Of a stretch of 11,896 bases of DNA, positions 8,495 to 11,896 are shown in pieces. The stretch is from NCBI GenBank assembly GCA_026196145.1, contig JAPHTU010000085.1, forward strand, positions 1-11,896, written 5' to 3'. Every line of letters begins with the position of its first letter. Positions within the stretch are counted from its first letter, which is position 1. Source of the DNA: Gammaproteobacteria bacterium (GTDB lineage Bacteria > Pseudomonadota > Gammaproteobacteria > JAJDYQ01). A model generated the notes under the pieces. That model had not been told where the DNA came from and searched no databases. It saw only the letters and a program-made list of their open reading frames with translations. A program made the translations under genes and the position numbers.

Positions 8495-8523
8495 AGGATA
8501 GGGCAGCTTTCGAGAGAAATCAA
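8495..8523 (-). promoter_or_regulatory. putative sigma70 promoter for the 8416-7820 membrane-protein gene
   Basis: On the minus strand, TTGATT at 8523-8518 (-35) is followed by a 17-nt spacer and TATCCT at 8500-8495 (-10). This would give a 5' UTR of roughly 70 nt. The prediction is from sequence only. Confidence 0.35.
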
Positions 8524-8667
8524 CCAGAAGGATATCCTTACGGTGTTGTGATTTCAGCTATATATCCCTGTATTTATTAAGGAAACTGGCTGGCGGTCGC
8601 TATCTGATTGACTGTATACGAACTCTGGTGCTGTATATATAGCCAGGTGCAGTGGAAAATAGATCGG

Positions 8668-8699
8668 GATAAAGAAAAAGGGCGCTCAAAAGAGCACCC
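8668..8699 (-). terminator. rho-independent terminator of the MlaC-family gene (minus strand)
   Basis: On the minus strand, GGGUGCUC-UUUU-GAGCGCCC forms an 8-bp stem with one G-U pair, followed by UUUUUCUUUAU. It lies about 25 nt downstream of the TAA stop at 8726-8724. Confidence 0.65.
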
Positions 8700-8723
8700 T
8701 ATCCGGCATTGTTATGATGGCTG

Positions 8724-9326
8724 TTACAGGCCCGCCAAGTCATTTTTCTTGATGATTTTTTCCATTAGTGTGTCAAAGCCTGCGTTGCGGATTTCGCTGG
8801 CATAGGTGGCGCGGTAGTTTCTGATAAGGCTAACACCGCCGATAGACATATCCACGACCTTCCAGTCAGTGCCGCTTTCCATCATCATATAGCTTATTTT
8901 CAGAGGTTCGGCATTCGACAGGCTGATAATGGTCGGTACCATGACGACCTTTTTATTTTTACCGGTTTTTGCCTGCAGGACATCTACTGATTGGTTATCA
9001 AATTCAGACAGCGCGGTTGCATAGGTATTGACGAGTAGCTGTCGGAAGTTTGAAACAAACAGTATCTGCTTGTTTTCATCCAGCCTGTCCCAATGCTTAC
9101 CCAGCGCCCATTTGGACATTTGCTCGAAATTGAAGCGCGGCAGGACAATATCGTTGATGAGCTGGCTGGCCTGGTTCACGTCCTGCTGATTTTCCAATAC
9201 CGAAAGGACCTTGTCAGTAGTTTCCTGAACAACGCGCTCAGCAGGATGCGAATTGGCCGTAATATCGCTGGCAGTAGCATTTATGCTGAATACGAAGAGC
9301 AGGAGTGCAGTTTGTATGATTTTCAT
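8724..9326 (-). CDS. MlaC/Ttg2D-family periplasmic phospholipid-binding protein (orphan, not in an mlaFEDCB operon)
   Basis: The 200-aa product has a signal peptide (MKIIQTALLLFVFSINATA|SD) followed by the Tgt2/MlaC-family pattern (...IVLPRFNFEQMSKWALGKHWD...QILFVSNFRQLLVNTYA...WKVVDMSIGGVSLIRNYRATY...). SD GGAGAAAAAG lies upstream of the ATG at 9326. The gene appears monocistronic with its own terminator. Confidence 0.8.
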   Translation of the reverse strand: MKIIQTALLLFVFSINATASDITANSHPAERVVQETTDKVLSVLENQQDVNQASQLINDIVLPRFNFEQMSKWALGKHWDRLDENKQILFVSNFRQLLVNTYATALSEFDNQSVDVLQAKTGKNKKVVMVPTIISLSNAEPLKISYMMMESGTDWKVVDMSIGGVSLIRNYRATYASEIRNAGFDTLMEKIIKKNDLAGL

Positions 9327-9602
9327 TCTTTTTCTCCATTGGCTTGATTGATACCGGGCATAACAATCTTGCTTTCCCTATCAGAACCCTGAAAAACTGT
9401 AAGGCTCCGATTTCTAACGGCAGCGATTATGCAGCGGGCCACACCCGCAAACCTTGATAAAGTTCACATTTATATGAAGTAGATTGCTGTGCATATGCTT
9501 ATATTTTATGTGGGTATAAGGCAGGATGGGTAATGGGTATCTTGTATCGGCAGCCTGTCACGGTCGGCATTGGGGATAGCGGCGATCAGTTATACTAGGC
9601 GC

Positions 9603-11147
9603 ATGAATGCCATCGAACTGTCATTATTTGCCAATCGTATTGCAGCGGTTTGTGATGAGATGGGTGCGGTATTAAGGCATGCCGCCTTCTCCCCAAATAT
9701 TAGAGACCGGCTGGACTATTCCTGTGCGGTATTTGACCCTGTGGGTGAACTCTGTGCGCAGGCCGCTCATATTCCGGTACACCTGGGTAGCATGGCCTAC
9801 GCTATGCGTGATGTAGTAAGTCGTTTTGACTGGCATGTTGGTGATGTGGTTATCTTCAATGACCCCTTTCTTGGCGGCACACATCTGCCGGACGTGACGC
9901 TGGTGGCGCCATTATTCATTGGTGCCGATCTGGCGGGCTTTGTCGCCAACCGGGCACACCACGCGGATATTGGCGCAGACAGCCCAGGTTCCATGCCTAT
10001 ATCGAGGACTCTGGAGGAGGAGGGGCAGATCATCCCGCCGATGTTACTGGCCAGGGGTGGAGAAGTCGTTGCCGATACCATGAATGGCCTGGTCAGCGCC
10101 ACGCGAAACCCAACCGAAAGTCGTGGAGACTTCAGCGCCCAGCTAAGCTCTGCTATTACCGGAGTAAGGCGTCTGCAGGAGATTGTTGAGCCAATGGGGA
10201 ATCCGGCCTATCAGACGGCGCTGGCGGCGCTTAATAACTATGCGGAACAACTTGCTCGAAGTGCGTTACAGGGTATCCCTGATGGTCAATACCGGTTTGA
10301 AGATGTGATGGATGATGATGGATTGGGGCATCGGGATATTCCGATCAAGGTGAATATTACGGTCAGTAATTCCAATGTGATAGCGGATTTTTCCGGTACT
10401 GCAGATCAGGTGGAAGGCAATATCAACTGTCCTCTCTCGGTTGCAGCTGCAGCCGTATTCTATGTATTCCGTTGCCTGATGCCTGAACAGACCCCGGCCT
10501 GTGCGGGCAGTTTCAGACCTGTCCGGTTCATGGCAGAAGAAGGCTCCTTGTTGAATGCAAGATACCCTGCAGCTGTAGCGGCTGGTAACGTGGAAACCAG
10601 TACGCGTATTGTCGATGTGTTACTGGGTGCGTTGGCACAGGCGATACCGGAAAGCATACCTGCTGCCAGCCATGGCAGTATGAATAATGTAGCCATGGGC
10701 TCGACGATGGATGGGCAGCAATGGGATTACTATGAAACCATCGGTGGTGGCATGGGTGCCAGTGCAATTTCTGATGGACAGTCTGCAGTTCAAACCCATA
10801 TGACGAATACGTTGAATACGCCAATAGAGGCGCTGGAAATGCATTATCCGTTACGCGTAACCCGCTATGAAATCAGAAGGGGGTCGGGTGGACAGGGTAA
10901 ATCAGCGGGTGGCGACGGCCTGACCCGCGAATTTGAATACCTGGGACCGGCGCAGGTTACCCTGCTGAGTGAACGGCGTTCTCATCGACCATGGGGGCTG
11001 CATGGCGCTGCTGATGGTTTATCAGGAATGAATCTGCTGAATGACCGGCCGTTGGCGGGCAAGGTGGCATTGAATGTGTCGAAGGGAGATCGATTGAGAG
11101 TTGAAACTGCTGGCGGTGGTGGTTTTGGTCAGGTGAAGGAAGAATAA
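9603..11147 (+). CDS. hydantoinase B/oxoprolinase (HyuB) family protein
   Basis: The 514-aa product from the ATG at 9603 (the ORF track shows a TTG alternative at 9570) begins MNAIELSLFANRIAAVCDEMG...AFSPNIRDRLDYSCAVFDPVGEL, matching the conserved HyuB/OplB-type N-terminus. It continues with Gly-rich catalytic regions such as FNDPFLGGTHLPDVT. Its stop at 11145-11147 is 4 nt before the next gene's ATG. Confidence 0.82.
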   Translation: MNAIELSLFANRIAAVCDEMGAVLRHAAFSPNIRDRLDYSCAVFDPVGELCAQAAHIPVHLGSMAYAMRDVVSRFDWHVGDVVIFNDPFLGGTHLPDVTLVAPLFIGADLAGFVANRAHHADIGADSPGSMPISRTLEEEGQIIPPMLLARGGEVVADTMNGLVSATRNPTESRGDFSAQLSSAITGVRRLQEIVEPMGNPAYQTALAALNNYAEQLARSALQGIPDGQYRFEDVMDDDGLGHRDIPIKVNITVSNSNVIADFSGTADQVEGNINCPLSVAAAAVFYVFRCLMPEQTPACAGSFRPVRFMAEEGSLLNARYPAAVAAGNVETSTRIVDVLLGALAQAIPESIPAASHGSMNNVAMGSTMDGQQWDYYETIGGGMGASAISDGQSAVQTHMTNTLNTPIEALEMHYPLRVTRYEIRRGSGGQGKSAGGDGLTREFEYLGPAQVTLLSERRSHRPWGLHGAADGLSGMNLLNDRPLAGKVALNVSKGDRLRVETAGGGGFGQVKEE

Positions 11148-11151
11148 ATCG

Positions 11152-11896
11152 ATGTGTGGCATTTGTGGTGATATCCGTTTAGATGGTCAACAGGCCTCAC
11201 GTGAGGCCATAGAGAAAATGAATAATCGTCTGGCTCGCCGTGGGCCGGATGATGAGGGCGTCTATATCGATGGGGCAATAGGCTTTGGTCATCGGCGTCT
11301 ATCGATTATCGATTTGTCCAGTAATTCCCATCAGCCCTTTCATGACCATCAACACGACCTGGTGCTCGTGTTCAATGGCACTATCTATAATTATCGGGAA
11401 CTACGTAGCCAGTTGCGTGACAAGGGGCATCAGTTCTCCAGCGAGGGCGACAGTGAGGTCATCCTCAAGGCCTGGGCGGAGTGGGGTGAGCAGTGTGTGG
11501 ATCACCTCATTGGTATGTTTGCCTTTGTGATATATGACCGCAAGCAGCAGATGTGTTTTATGGCGCGTGACAGGCTGGGTATCAAACCAGTGTATTACGC
11601 GCCTTCTTCCGGCCGCATTCGTTTTGCCTCCAGCCTGCCGGCCCTGCTTGCATCAGGTGATATCGATACCTCGATTGACCCTGAAGCACTGCATCACCAG
11701 TTTACCCTGCATGGGGTGGTGCCTGCGCCGCTAACGATATTCAAGGGTGTGCGTAAACTCAAGCCAGGCTATGTGATGCGAATTCCGCTATCCGGAATGC
11801 CTTTACTCATGCCTTACTGGGATCTCGATGCACGCAGGCCCGAGTCACCTAAAGATCCACAGGAATGGATGGAGATGATTCATGAGGCACTCGGAA
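11152..11896 (+). CDS. asparagine synthetase (glutamine-hydrolysing) family amidotransferase, AsnB-like; 5'-partial view, continues beyond the window
   Basis: The frame is open from the ATG at 11152 to the window end (248 codons). It has the Ntn-type GATase class II N-terminus MCGICG (Cys2 nucleophile), then RRGPDDEG, GHRRLSIIDLS, NGTIYNY, GDSEV, GMFAFVIYD and RDRLGIKPVYY. Its RBS (GGTGAAGGAAG) is embedded in the 3' end of the hyuB-like gene. This ORF is not in the supplied ORF track. Confidence 0.85.
   Translation, partial: MCGICGDIRLDGQQASREAIEKMNNRLARRGPDDEGVYIDGAIGFGHRRLSIIDLSSNSHQPFHDHQHDLVLVFNGTIYNYRELRSQLRDKGHQFSSEGDSEVILKAWAEWGEQCVDHLIGMFAFVIYDRKQQMCFMARDRLGIKPVYYAPSSGRIRFASSLPALLASGDIDTSIDPEALHHQFTLHGVVPAPLTIFKGVRKLKPGYVMRIPLSGMPLLMPYWDLDARRPESPKDPQEWMEMIHEALG

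Noticed and set aside
8608-8805. 65-aa plus-strand ORF spanning the mlaC-family terminator and 3' end
   Set aside because: It runs through a terminator hairpin and overlaps the end of a confident minus-strand CDS. It has no RBS.
8724-9326. Lower GC of the MlaC-family gene as evidence of recent horizontal acquisition
   Set aside because: The difference is modest and was judged by eye. No flanking repeats, tRNA or integrase support an island.
9420-9602. Possible riboswitch in the leader of roughly 150 nt upstream of hyuB
   Set aside because: I could not recognise any known riboswitch consensus, and no convincing conserved helices stand out. The region is reported only as a promoter/leader.
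1-11896. CRISPR arrays, IS elements, integrases, tRNA genes
   Set aside because: No repeat-spacer periodicity, no inverted-repeat-flanked transposase ORF and no tRNA-like T-loop/anticodon-arm motifs were seen in any intergenic region.

Overview
This window looks like an ordinary chromosomal stretch of a roughly 50% GC genome, probably a gammaproteobacterium. The codon usage, Shine-Dalgarno sites and bidirectional rho-independent terminators fit that. I found no CRISPR array, IS element, integrase, tRNA/rRNA gene or phage gene.

Gene order, left to right:
- an alpha/beta hydrolase, 3'-truncated by the window edge (minus strand)
- a 566-aa flotillin-like SPFH/band-7 membrane protein (plus)
- a signal-peptide-bearing MsrB (plus), convergent with nadC (minus)
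- an alanine/glycine:cation symporter family transporter (plus), convergent and stop-overlapping with argF
- argD, immediately upstream of argF (both minus)
- two tandem terminators
- a 198-aa polytopic membrane protein of unknown function (minus)
- an orphan MlaC/Ttg2D-family periplasmic lipid-binding protein (minus)
- a divergent operon starting with a hydantoinase-B/oxoprolinase-family gene whose stop is 4 nt from the start of an AsnB-type glutamine amidotransferase that runs off the window edge (plus)

The most unusual items are:
- the hyuB-like/asnB-like coupled pair, with no hyuA partner visible in the window
- a single-cysteine, zinc-site-less, exported MsrB
- a flotillin with an internally duplicated N-terminal membrane module
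- a small unannotatable membrane protein carrying a HemJ/CopD-like His/Trp motif behind a palindromic operator-like site
- a terminator-hairpin/mini-ORF arrangement directly upstream of argD

All family assignments come from reading the translated ORFs against remembered conserved motifs. No searches were run.
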